Shown: in pieces, positions 1-11,954 of the stretch | Layout: every line of letters starts with the position of its first letter | Position numbering within the stretch: position 1 is the stretch's first letter | Source of the DNA: Octopus sinensis | Lineage: Eukaryota | Direction of reading: 5' to 3' | Assembly (NCBI RefSeq): GCF_006345805.1 | Contig: NC_043003.1 | Location: 66,526,001 to 66,590,000 of the forward strand | DNA: 64,000 nucleotides | Made by a program: the position numbers and the translations under genes | Notes under the pieces: model-generated | What the model was told of the DNA's origin: nothing | The model's database searches: none | Seen by the model: the letters and a program-made list of their open reading frames with translations, nothing else

Positions 1-1127
1 CAATGACGTATAATTTATTAAAGTATATAAAATCATTGCTAATAAATTAAAAATTAAAAGTGATTTAAAATGTAATCACTTAAAATTGTGCCTTTTCTGA
101 ACAGCCCTACTATATTATTCAGTACTGCTCTTAGACATAGTCACAAGTGGTTATATTTTGTTGAATAATTTAGGTTGTTTAAAACAAAAATTAATATAAA
201 GTTATTTATAAAAACAAGTAATCCCCCCCAACCCACATCCCCCAAACCCTTCATTGGAAAACTGAAAAATTGGATTATTAAACAAACTTGTTTACTTTAT
301 TTTAAAATTGTAATATTAAGAATCCCAATACGAAAGTAGATTAATTGTTAATGAAATTATGAATGTGAAAGATTTACGAGTGTGTGTATTTTATTATTTA
401 ATTTAATGGGACTAAAACTATGGAATTCCTTGCGGTGTTGTTGATAATTTTTTCCTTGCTTCAATGATGCCGGTGACATATATTAAAAGTCCCCTTATAG
501 AACTATATTCATTAAAAAGTATAGAATTATATTATCACCCTGAAATTTGAGAAACAAACAATCATAACTTTTTTTCTTTTAGAACATCATTGCATGAGAT
601 CGATACCATGAAATTCCCCGAATTAAGTTTTATCAGTTAAGCTTAATTGAAATATAGTTTGTTTTTAAAATAAAAATAGTTAATTACACTTAAATCCAAT
701 TTTATGCCTTATAATTATTTTCATGATATTTTACCTCACAACTTTTTATACAAATTTTTATTGCATGGGACCAAAACTATGAAATTCCTCCTGCTTTCTT
801 CTGTCATTTAAGCTAAGATAAATATAGTTTGCTTTCAAAATATAAAAAATATTATTTAAATCTAAGCTTGATTGGAGGCGTTACTTACTCTCCTGTAACG
901 TTCCAAAAAATGTTTATGTAAACTTTTTTCTACTGGACTAAATCTCTATCTTTTTATGTCAAAATGTAACTAGGGACCAGTCCTCTTCAAAAATGCATGT
1001 TTTCAAATCGGTTAAGAACTGAATTGTCGACGAAGTCTGAAAAATTTTGCGTGTGAGTAAATTGCAACCTTAAGAATATTATTCAACTATTACCATGGTT
1101 GAATGATAGATATAAATATACATATGA

Positions 1128-1231
<104 letters not shown>

Positions 1232-1247
1232 AAACATAAATATATGC

Positions 1248-1626
1248 ATTCTTTTACTTGTTTCAGTCACTTGACTGCGGTCATGCTGGAGCACCGACTC
1301 TAGTCGAACAAATCGACCTCAGGACTTATTCTTTGTAAGCCTAGTACTTATTCTATCGGTTTCCTTGCCGAACCACTAGGTTACGGGGATGTAAACACTC
1401 CAGCATCAGTTGTCATGTGATGTTGGAGGATAAACACAGACATACAAACATACACACAAATATGTATATATTCGATGAGCTTCTTTCAGTTTCCGTCTAC
1501 CAAATCCACTCACAAACCTGTGGTTTGTCTGAGGTTATAGTAGAAGACACTTGCCCAAAATGCCATCCAATAGGACTGAACCAGGAACCATGTTGTTGGT
1601 AAACAAGCTACTTACCACACAGCCAT
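1248..1626 (-). mobile_element. tRNA-derived SINE, family A
   Basis: Reverse complement of head TGGCTGTGTGGTAAG...GGTTCAGTCC (A/B boxes), body GGGCAAGTGTCTTCTACTATA...GGAAACTGAAAGAAGC and tail CCAGCATGRCCGCAGTCAARTGACTGAAACAAGTAAAAGA. The family recurs many times in the window. Confidence 0.85.
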
Positions 1627-1659
1627 TCCTGCGTCTATAGCCACTGTGCGTGCGTGTGT

Positions 1660-1734
<75 letters not shown>

Positions 1735-2542
1735 CGTGTGTGTTTGAAATGTGAGCTTATAGCCGTCAAGAACAGGATGATAAAAAGCAAATAGCGCGAA
1801 CTTATCTCTAAAAACACTTGCCACTAGTAAAGTCTTCGGCATTGAAGAATAATCAACAAAATCTGTCATGTGTTTTATTAAGTCGTTGATAGCTGTATGT
1901 TTTAACTTGTTGACAATAATTTCCCTCGTAACAGTTCTTCTAAGCGTGAAACGATTACAGAAATTTATGATTTTCTTCTTTGTATTGCAGAATTGTATTT
2001 GTTCATGTTTAATGTTTTATGATAGAAACAAAAATGTTATCTCAAATATATTATATAACATTATTCCCGATGTTTTAGCTATCTGTCAGTTTTCTCCGTG
2101 TGCTATGTCAAGGGAGGTAATAACTCGAATGGAGAAAGATATGTTTTAAGAGAAGGGGGAGAATGAAAGACTATGAGGAAAATAAAATTAGGGGAAATCA
2201 GTGAAAAAATAAAACGTGGAAGCACGAGAGAGAAAGAGAGAGAGAGAGGGGGGAATGATGGAGAGAGGAAACAAGGTGTATAGTATTTTGCATTCTTGTG
2301 TTCAAATCTTTAGCTGAATCGATATTTTCATCATAATGAGATGATGTCATGAAGATCTATAAATTTATGCATTAAAAGATATATCGATACGTATTTAAAT
2401 TAAAGTGAAAAAAACCTTAGCAAGGAAATAGTTGTGGATGTTTGACGTTTACGCATTCTAGACCACAGGCAGAAGCCATGCTGGGATATCACCATTATCA
2501 ATTTCTTTATTATTTTTGTTATAATGTTTTAATATTTAACAG

Positions 2543-2645
2543 GTGGCTGTGTGTTAAGTAGCTTGCTTACCAACCACATGGGTCCGGGTTCATTCCCACT
2601 GCGTGGCACCGTGGGCAAGTGTCTTCTACTGAAAGAAGCCCGCCG

Positions 2646-2677
<32 letters not shown>

Positions 2678-2688
2678 TATAGATAGAT

Positions 2689-2729
<41 letters not shown>

Positions 2730-2972
2730 TGTGTGTGTTTGTGTATGTGTGTATGTTTATGTGTTTGTATCTGTCCCCCCAACATTGCTTAACAACCGAT
2801 TCCGGTGCGTTTACGTCCCCGTAACCTAGCGGTTCGGCAAAAGAGACCGATAGAATAAGTACTAGGCTTACAAAGAATAAGTCCTGGTGTCGATTTGCTC
2901 AACTAAAGGTGGTGCGCTCCAGCATGGCCTTAGTCAAATGACTGAAACAAGTAAAAGAGTAAAAGAGTAAAA
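2543..2972 (+). mobile_element. tRNA-derived SINE, family A (with internal TA/GA microsatellite)
   Basis: Head, internal microsatellite and tail ending in (GTAAAAGA)n. Confidence 0.85.
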
Positions 2973-3499
2973 GGGTATTTTGAGACTAGACAAATACATT
3001 CATCGACAGAAGGGAAAGTAGATACCCAAATACGCTGACTTCCATCCTAGAGTTTTACTGGGTCCCGCTAGTATAAATAAGTATAATAGAAATGATGATG
3101 AGAAACACCATGTTCTTAATAACTTTAGGTAGATTCGAACATGGATGTTCAAATCGCTGGTGTATTTCGTCACACGAGAACAAATTCTCTTTTACAACGA
3201 ATATGTATTAATTAATACAAAGGTTTGCGAGAAAACTTGTGTTTCAATATGGTCGTGCCTCGTCAGCCAGAGGCAGTCCCGAACTTTTGAATCTAACAAG
3301 AATTTGTGTATCTTGTTTATAACTTCTGCAAATAAACTATCTTCTCGTACGTGCTGATATCTACCAACCAATAATAAAGCATCATTATTGATAGAATAGT
3401 TATGGTAGTCTCTCGTAGTAAGAGAAAGATGGTTCTGCAGTATCTTATTGAATAACCTGCATATACAATTTTCTTAGAGTGATCAAATGATTGTATTGT

Positions 3500-3700
3500 A
3501 TATTGATCTCACTTCCTCCATCGAATCAGTATTGCCTGAATTAGGACACAGTGTGCCACACATCAGATGTCGGAGTAATCGCGGAGATGGAGTGTTTTGC
3601 TCAAGACCAAAACACACCACCCGGTCTGAGAATCGAATTCACGATCTCTCGTTCGTGAATGCAACACCCTATCCAATAGACCACCTGCCCTCATGCTAAT
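3500..3700 (-). mobile_element. Degenerate tRNA-head SINE
   Basis: Minus strand has ggtctattggatagggtgttgcattcacg...ttcgattctcagaccggg...tcttgagcaaaacact. Confidence 0.5.
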
Positions 3701-3827
3701 ATCATGAATATATACTTTCTGGATTTTTTATTGCCATTTTATGAACAGCTCAAAATCATTTGACTTGTACATATTAGACCAAACTATAGCAGCGTTAATC
3801 TCTGTCTTTCCTCTTCACATTCAGTCA

Positions 3828-3862
<35 letters not shown>

Positions 3863-4582
3863 GCCGCTCTCTATCTCTCTCTGTCTCTCTTATTATCTCT
3901 GTTCTACAAATAAAATTGCAAAACAACAAACAAACAACCTGACCGCTCCTTTTAAAGCCTAAAAACAAGGTTACTAAATTAAGTTAAAAACAGTGGATTC
4001 TCCCGTTTAGTCTTTTAATATGGGCTGCTTGCTACTACTTTAAAATTTCAAAGTAAGAATCATATTGAATGCCATATTAAATTATCAACTAAGCAGATTA
4101 GAATCGACCTGTATATCATCCTTAATCATACAAATAGACACACACATATATACATACATAAATATAAGTATGTACTTATGTATTTATGTATGTATGTGTG
4201 TATAGATGGATGGATGGAGAGATGAATGGATGGTTGTAAGTATGTATATTTAATTTACTTGGAATTTTCTCCCTTTAGACTGTTTTCTAACACAATCTAC
4301 TGCGTTTTGAAAATTTATGAAATTAATCTGGCATCCCTAGCCAGGAAATATTTCGTTCCCATTCTGCGAATTCTTCATCATAATTTGATTTCTTCTTTCA
4401 TTGCTATGAACGATGATCCAAGCCCACCGTGTTTTCCTGATATGATTCGGTTTCTGAAAAGCTAACTGACTTGAGACGCTTTCGTCTCCATTTCCCCTTT
4501 AACCTTTCTATAATATATTGTAAACAGTAATTTAAAAAAAAAACCCGCACCTCAAAATGAAATGCTTGACGTTTTAAAGGAG

Positions 4583-4960
4583 CGGTTGAGTGGTAAGAAG
4601 TTTTGCTTCTCATCCAAATGGTTTCGAGTTCAATCTCTTATCGTAGAACCTTGGCCGATTCTCTTCGTCTGTAGCACCGAGCCGACCAAAGCCTTGTGAG
4701 TAGATTTGGTAGATCGAAACTGAAAGAAGCCCAAAGTATATTCTTTTGTTCTTTTATTTTGTTTTTTTACTTGTTTCAGTCATTTGACTGCAGCCATGCT
4801 GGAGCACCACCTTTAGTCAAACAAATCGGCCCCAGGACTTATTTTTTGTAAGCCTATCATATCTCTCTCGTTTGCCAAACCTCAAAGTGGCGAGCACGTA
4901 AACACACCAACATTGGTTGTCAAGCGATAGTGGAGGGACAAACACAGACCCAAATAACAA
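4583..4960. mobile_element. Family A SINE head (+, 4583-4740) convergent with a family A tail (-, 4765-4960)
   Basis: Matches to family A head and tail segments in opposite orientations. Confidence 0.7.
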
Positions 4961-4968
4961 ATACACAC

Positions 4969-5012
<44 letters not shown>

Positions 5013-5054
5013 ACACACACACTCACATATATTTTATTTTTCTATTCTAGACAC

Positions 5055-5293
5055 AAGGCCGGGAATTTGAAGGGGGCGAGGATAGTCGGTCACATCGCCC
5101 CCTGTACTTGATTGATACTTAATTTATCAACTCCGAAAGGATGAAAGGCAAAGTCGACCTCGGAGGAATTTGAACTCAGAACGTAAAGACAGGCGAAATA
5201 CCGCTAAACATTTAGCTCGGCATGCTATCGTTTCTGCAAGCTTGCCGCCTCTATTTTCCATTATATAATGCGTGTGTGTGTATGTGTGTGTGG

Positions 5294-5381
<88 letters not shown>

Positions 5382-5723
5382 ATTACTACTACTACTGCTG
5401 CTACTGCTACTGCTGCTGTGGCTGTTGCTGTGGCTGCTGCTATGGCTGCTGCTGCTGCTACTACTACTACTACTACTACTACTAATAATAATAATAATAA
5501 TAATAATAACAATAATAATAATAATAATAATAATAAAATTTATACGCTAGGCATAAGGCCCGAAATTTTTGGGGAGGTGGGGGGGCCATAGTACGCAACT
5601 GGTACTTAATTTGTCGACCCCGAAAGGATGAAAGGCAAAGTCGACCTCTGCGGAATTTGAACTCAGCATGTTGCAGCAGACGAAATACCGCCCGGCGTGG
5701 TAACGTTTCTACTAGCTCGCCAC
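5055..5723 (-). mobile_element. Two family B (CORE-like) SINEs, 5055-5250 and 5546-5723, flanking a trinucleotide microsatellite
   Basis: Reverse complement of GGCGGCGAGCTGGCAGAA...GAGTTCAAATTCCGCCGAGGTCGACTTTGCCTTTCATCCTTTCGGGGTCGATAAATTAAGTACCAG. Confidence 0.8.
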
Positions 5724-5751
5724 TTTAATAATGATAATAATAACAATAATG

Positions 5752-5828
<77 letters not shown>

Positions 5829-5829
5829 G

Positions 5830-5897
<68 letters not shown>

Positions 5898-5926
5898 AAT
5901 AATGATAATAACAAAATGATAATAAT

Positions 5927-6002
<76 letters not shown>

Positions 6003-6021
6003 TTAATAACAACAACAACAA
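5293..6021. repeat. Compound trinucleotide microsatellites (TAC/TGC/TAA; TAA/TGA/CAA)
   Basis: Direct reading of sequence. Confidence 0.95.
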
Positions 6022-6727
6022 CGTGGTTGTTGCCGCTTGTAATCAATATTTTCATTTATCTTTGATAAAGTAACCTGATTACCATTGTCAGTTTGAAATG
6101 TTTCGAAGCAAAAATGAGCAATTACTTGAAAGAAATATGAAGAAATTTGAACCTGAAGCTCTTATCAATAAAGTTGAGAACTCTGGCGTTTTTTCAATTA
6201 AATCTGTTATGAATATAAACGAAAAAGGCCAAACCAGTTAAATAATCACCATGAGATTGAAAACGAGACAGTTTCTTTCATATTGTAGTATATTCCGTTA
6301 CAAAATAGACATAACTAAGATTTGAGATAATGCATATAACAGCTTGATGAGTAATATGCTACTTAAAAAGTAATTTAAAAGCAATGTTAAAAAGTATTTA
6401 GAAAGTATCTTTTCCCGAATCTGCTAAACCATAATTTGTTAGTGCATATATCATAGTGTGATACTGAGCAAATATTAGTGGTAGCATTTAGTATGTATAT
6501 ACATGCATACATAGGTGTGTGTGTGCGCGTCTGTGTGTGCGATTCTATAAATATATATGTATATATGTGCATTTATAACCATGTATATATACGTATATAT
6601 GTACGTATATATAATATATATATGATATATATATATATATATTATATATATATATATAATACACATATATATATAAATAATATATAAATATTATAATAAA
6701 TGATATATATATACATACATACATACG

Positions 6728-6794
<67 letters not shown>

Positions 6795-6796
<2 letters not shown>

Positions 6797-6955
6797 TGGC
6801 TGTGTGGTAAGTAGCTTCCTTATCAACCACATGATCCCGTGTTCAGTCCTAATGCGTGGCATCTTGCACAAGTGTCTTCTACTATAGCTTCGGGCCGACC
6901 AAAGCCTTCTGAGTGGATTTGGCAGAATGAAACTGCAAGAAGCCTGTCGTATAAG
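6795..6955 (+). mobile_element. Family A SINE 5' half immediately left of the hammerhead array
   Basis: GAGTGGCTGTGTGGTAAG...GAAACTGCAAGAAGCCTGTCG followed by the TA-rich internal tract into which the array runs. Confidence 0.8.
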
Positions 6956-7011
6956 AATATTTATATGTGTATATATGATGTATATATGATTATTTATGAT
7001 GTGTTCAGATC

Positions 7012-7069
7012 AGTTCTGCTGACGATCATTAGACGTAAGTTGAATGTGAAATCACGGTGATACAGAACT
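7012..7069 (+). ncRNA. Type I hammerhead ribozyme, array copy 1 (predicted cleavage after 7062)
   Basis: Helix I AGTTCTG/CAGAACT (7 bp); core CTGACGA; helix II T-CATT-A-GAC-[GTAA]-GTT-G-AATG-T; GAAA; helix III ATCA-[CGG]-TGAT; AUA triplet. Confidence 0.85.
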
Positions 7070-7492
7070 AAATTCATTTTTTTAAATGTCTTGCTTTGAA
7101 AAACTGCATTTGGGTATGATTAGTATAATTTTGGTAGTAATGACTTTGTCCCTCCTAGTGTGAGGCATTTATGTGTAATAATGCCCTCTATACAATATAG
7201 ATATAATTAATTTGTTCAAAAGAAAAAAATTATTTTCGAATTCTTTTCTTTTATGAGGTTTTCACGCTAGCTACCCGATAATTTCTTGTTAAGATCCCTT
7301 ATTAAGAGATTATCCTTAATTGTTAAACTTATTCCGAAATACTTTTCATTACCCGACATGCAGTTCGTAAAAAGCCCGCCATTTACCGGATATATGATTT
7401 ATAAACATTCCATGTGCTTGGCCGGAGTGAGCAGTTGTCTGTTCGTCTTCGCTACGTAAGGTTGGTAGTTTATTTATGATGTGTTCAGAATC

Positions 7493-7550
7493 AGTTCTGC
7501 TGACGATCATTAGACGTAAGTTGAATGTGAAATCACGGTGATACAGAACT
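7493..7550 (+). ncRNA. Type I hammerhead ribozyme, array copy 2 (cleavage after 7543)
   Basis: Identical motif to copy 1. Confidence 0.85.
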
Positions 7551-7973
7551 AAATTCATTTTTTTAAATGTCTTGCTTTGAAAAACTGCATTTGGGTATGA
7601 TTAGTATAATTTTGGTAGTAATGACTTTGTCCCTCCTAGTGTGAGGCATTTATGTGTAATAATGCCCTCTATACAATATAGATATAATTAATTTGTTCAA
7701 AAGAAAAAAATTATTTTCGAATTCTTTTCTTTTATGAGGTTTTCACGCTAGCTACCCGATAATTTCTTGTTAAGATCCCTTATTAAGAGATTATCCTTAA
7801 TTGTTAAACTTATTCCGAAATACTTTTCATTACCCGACATGCAGTTCGTAAAAAGCCCGCCATTTACCGGATATATGATTTATAAACATTCCATGTGCTT
7901 GGCCGGAGTGAGCAGTTGTCTGTTCGTCTTCGCTACGTAAGGTTGGTAGTTTATTTATGATGTGTTCAGAATC

Positions 7974-8031
7974 AGTTCTGCTGACGATCATTAGACGTAA
8001 GTTGAATGTGAAATCACGGTGATACAGAACT
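7974..8031 (+). ncRNA. Type I hammerhead ribozyme, array copy 3 (cleavage after 8024)
   Basis: Identical motif to copy 1. Confidence 0.85.
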
Positions 8032-8454
8032 AAATTCATTTTTTTAAATGTCTTGCTTTGAAAAACTGCATTTGGGTATGATTAGTATAATTTTGGTAGT
8101 AATGACTTTGTCCCTCCTAGTGTGAGGCATTTATGTGTAATAATGCCCTCTATACAATATAGATATAATTAATTTGTTCAAAAGAAAAAAATTATTTTCG
8201 AATTCTTTTCTTTTATGAGGTTTTCACGCTAGCTACCCGATAATTTCTTGTTAAGATCCCTTATTAAGAGATTATCCTTAATTGTTAAACTTATTCCGAA
8301 ATACTTTTCATTACCCGACATGCAGTTCGTAAAAAGCCCGCCATTTACCGGATATATGATTTATAAACATTCCATGTGCTTGGCCGGAGTGAGCAGTTGT
8401 CTGTTCGTCTTCGCTACGTAAGGTTGGTAGTTTATTTATGATGTGTTCAGAATC

Positions 8455-8512
8455 AGTTCTGCTGACGATCATTAGACGTAAGTTGAATGTGAAATCACGG
8501 TGATACAGAACT
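8455..8512 (+). ncRNA. Type I hammerhead ribozyme, array copy 4 (cleavage after 8505)
   Basis: Identical motif to copy 1. Confidence 0.85.
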
Positions 8513-8933
8513 AAATTCATTTTTTTAAATGTCTTGCTTTGAAAAACTGCATTTGGGTATGATTAGTATAATTTTGGTAGTAATGACTTTGTCCCTCCTA
8601 GTGTGAGGCATTTATGTGTAATAATGCCCTCTATACAATATAGATATAATTAATTTGTTCAAAAGAAAAAAATTATTTTCGAATTCTTTTCTTTTATGAG
8701 GTTTTCACGCTAGCTACCCGATAATTTCTTGTTAAGATCCCTTATTAGAGATTATCCTTAATTGTTAAACTTATTCCGAATACTTTTCATTACCCGACAT
8801 GCAGTTCGTAAAAAGCCCGCCATTTACCGGATATATGATTTATAAACATTCCATGTGCTTGGCCGGAGTGAGCAGTTGTCTGTTCGTCTTCGCTACGTAA
8901 GGTTGGTAGTTTATTTATGATGTGTTCAGAATC

Positions 8934-8991
8934 AGTTCTGCTGACGATCATTAGACGTAAGTTGAATGTGAAATCACGGTGATACAGAACT
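8934..8991 (+). ncRNA. Type I hammerhead ribozyme, array copy 5 (cleavage after 8984)
   Basis: Identical motif to copy 1. Confidence 0.85.
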
Positions 8992-9414
8992 AAATTCATT
9001 TTTTTAAATGTCTTGCTTTGAAAAACTGCATTTGGGTATGATTAGTATAATTTTGGTAGTAATGACTTTGTCCCTCCTAGTGTGAGGCATTTATGTGTAA
9101 TAATGCCCTCTATACAATATAGATATAATTAATTTGTTCAAAAGAAAAAAATTATTTTCGAATTCTTTTCTTTTATGAGGTTTTCACGCTAGCTACCCGA
9201 TAATTTCTTGTTAAGATCCCTTATTAAGAGATTATCCTTAATTGTTAAACTTATTCCGAAATACTTTTCATTACCCGACATGCAGTTCGTAAAAAGCCCG
9301 CCATTTACCGGATATATGATTTATAAACATTCCATGTGCTTGGCCGGAGTGAGCAGTTGTCTGTTCGTCTTCGCTACGTAAGGTTGGTAGTTTATTTATG
9401 ATGTGTTCAGAATC

Positions 9415-9472
9415 AGTTCTGCTGACGATCATTAGACGTAAGTTGAATGTGAAATCACGGTGATACAGAACT
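9415..9472 (+). ncRNA. Type I hammerhead ribozyme, array copy 6 (cleavage after 9465)
   Basis: Identical motif to copy 1. Confidence 0.85.
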
Positions 9473-9895
9473 AAATTCATTTTTTTAAATGTCTTGCTTT
9501 GAAAAACTGCATTTGGGTATGATTAGTATAATTTTGGTAGTAATGACTTTGTCCCTCCTAGTGTGAGGCATTTATGTGTAATAATGCCCTCTATACAATA
9601 TAGATATAATTAATTTGTTCAAAAGAAAAAAATTATTTTCGAATTCTTTTCTTTTATGAGGTTTTCACGCTAGCTACCCGATAATTTCTTGTTAAGATCC
9701 CTTATTAAGAGATTATCCTTAATTGTTAAACTTATTCCGAAATACTTTTCATTACCCGACATGCAGTTCGTAAAAAGCCCGCCATTTACCGGATATATGA
9801 TTTATAAACATTCCATGTGCTTGGCCGGAGTGAGCAGTTGTCTGTTCGTCTTCGCTACGTAAGGTTGGTAGTTTATTTATGATGTGTTCAGAATC

Positions 9896-9953
9896 AGTTC
9901 TGCTGACGATCATTAGACGTAAGTTGAATGTGAAATCACGGTGATACAGAACT
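9896..9953 (+). ncRNA. Type I hammerhead ribozyme, array copy 7 (cleavage after 9946)
   Basis: Identical motif to copy 1. Confidence 0.85.
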
Positions 9954-10982
9954 AAATTCATTTTTTTAATGTCTTGCTTTGAAAAACTGCATTTGGGTAT
10001 GATTAGTATAATTTTGGTAGTAATGACTTTGTCCCTCCTAGTGTGAGGCATTTATGTGTAATAATGCCCTCTATACAATATAGATATAATTAATTTGTTC
10101 AAAAGAAAAAAATTATTTTCGAATTCTTTTCTTTTATGAGGTTTTCACGCTAGCTACCCGATAATTTCTTGTTAAGATCCCTTATTAAGAGATTATCCTT
10201 AATTGTTAAACTTATATATATATATATGTATACATATATATATGAGTGGATGTGCATATATATATATACGTATCTACATGTGCACACACACACACACATA
10301 TATATATATATCCATGTATGTATGTATGCATCGTTATATACATGAATATATATATACGTAGAGGATGAATATGTGTGTGTGAGTTTGGATATGTGCGAGG
10401 GTGTATGAGTGTGTGTGATTGCATATGTGTGTGTGTGACACTGCGGGTGTTCGTAAAAATTGCCTGCTTTCCACATTTTCCTGTTTACATGCTTGGCGGA
10501 TTAAGCTTTACAGAGACTCTGTATGTTTATGTTCGAATGAGGAACATATGATTTTAAACTCTAAAGTGAAATGTATTGATTTCTACCATATGCCAAAATA
10601 TGGCATTTTTTTTGTGGCGTGCAAGGAGCGAACAGCTGATTAAATCTGCATCTGTACTCGTCAGGTCCATATTAGACCGGTGTCAGAACGTTGAAGGGCG
10701 AAGTGAAACACGGTGCGTTCTGAATCCAGACCGTAAAGAAACACAACTTAATAGTGCATGTCGTTTTCCCCACCACACAACCGATGAAACTAAACCACAT
10801 GCGATTAAAAAAAAAAAATTAAATCACAATGTTCAGGGCGCCCTCACTAGGTACCGAAACTGCATAACCAGTATTTGCTGGTGCTCTCGATTACACTACA
10901 GCCTTTCAGCTCAGCATCCTCAAATTAAGACCTTTGAATTACGTCTAGATTTTAACTGTATTATTTTATCCTGCTGAAAATG

Positions 10983-11185
10983 TGGGGAGCTGGCAGAATC
11001 GTTAGCACTCCAGGCAGTATGCATACCGGCATTTCGTCCTCCGCTACATACTGGTTTCAAATTCTACCGCGGCCGACTTTGTCTTTCATTCTTTCGGGTT
11101 CGCTGAAATAAGTACCAGTTACGTACTCGTGTCCATGTGTGATCGACCAGCACCCTTACCCCAAAATTTTAAAATCCTTGTACTT
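10983..11185 (+). mobile_element. Family B SINE
   Basis: ggggagctggcagaatcgttagcac...gactttgtctttcattctttcggg...aagtaccag. Confidence 0.7.
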
Positions 11186-11954
11186 GTTCTTTTCTTTTTG
11201 CTAGAATTTTAGGCATTTTCTCTAATGTACTGTGTCACAGACTATACCATTGCGGTGCAAAGACTTGAAGAGTTTAGCCGAAGAAATCAACCCAAGTGGT
11301 TGTCTTTTAAATCTGGTGCTTATTTCGTCGGTGTTATTTGACCGAAACACCAAGATATAGGGCAGAAAAAACCTCACCGCGTCGCAAGCGGTGTTAGGTT
11401 AAGCGAAAACACACGCGAGTAAACACACACACCACATACATGTGTGTGTGTGTGTTTGCATATATGAATGTAAACATTTATGCAACGCATGTGCGTATGT
11501 ATATGTATGCCATGAATGTATGTATATGTATACACACACATATATGCAAACGCAAACACGCACACGCCCACACATCCATATTCAATGTGGATGTTGATTA
11601 TGGCCGGTCAGAAAATTAGCATTGGGTTCGCACCCTAGTCCTCTTAGCGATATCGGCGATTTCTCACACCTGCTTGCTGGAAGCATATAATCCCTTCTTA
11701 ATGGAGGTAGGAATACAGACTTGGTCACACAGAGTTGTGAATTAACCTCCTGAAGCGAAAATATTCAGAGCAAAATCCTCTCGCAGAGAGATGGGACGAT
11801 GTCTCTTCAACCAGTTCCAGTTGTGTCCAGTTGTGTCCAAGACGTGTGAATTTCTTTACGATTTCCGTTCAACAGTCAGCAAGCGGGGAATTCCATATCG
11901 CCAACATGAAATTTCTTTCATACACACACACACGCACGCACACATACACATATA

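Larger units (their letters stand above)
6990..10215 (+). repeat. Tandem array of a 481-bp unit (~6.7 copies), each containing a hammerhead ribozyme; candidate non-LTR retrozyme
   Basis: Equivalent positions recur at 7012, 7493, 7974, 8455, 8934, 9415 and 9896 (spacing 481, 481, 481, 479, 481, 481). The only differences I could read are single-A losses in short A runs. Confidence 0.95.

Noticed and set aside
3225-3275. Minus-strand CTGACGA...GAAAC hammerhead-like words
   Set aside because: Helix I and helix II do not pair.
7349-10051. Repeated 69-aa (and 99-aa) minus-strand ORF in the 481-bp array
   Set aside because: No recognisable domain; it is antisense to the ribozyme and simply recurs with the unit.
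6990-10215. CRISPR-like array or minus-strand ribozyme in the 481-bp unit
   Set aside because: Units are identical with no unique spacers, the context is eukaryotic, and I found no CUGANGA core on the minus strand.
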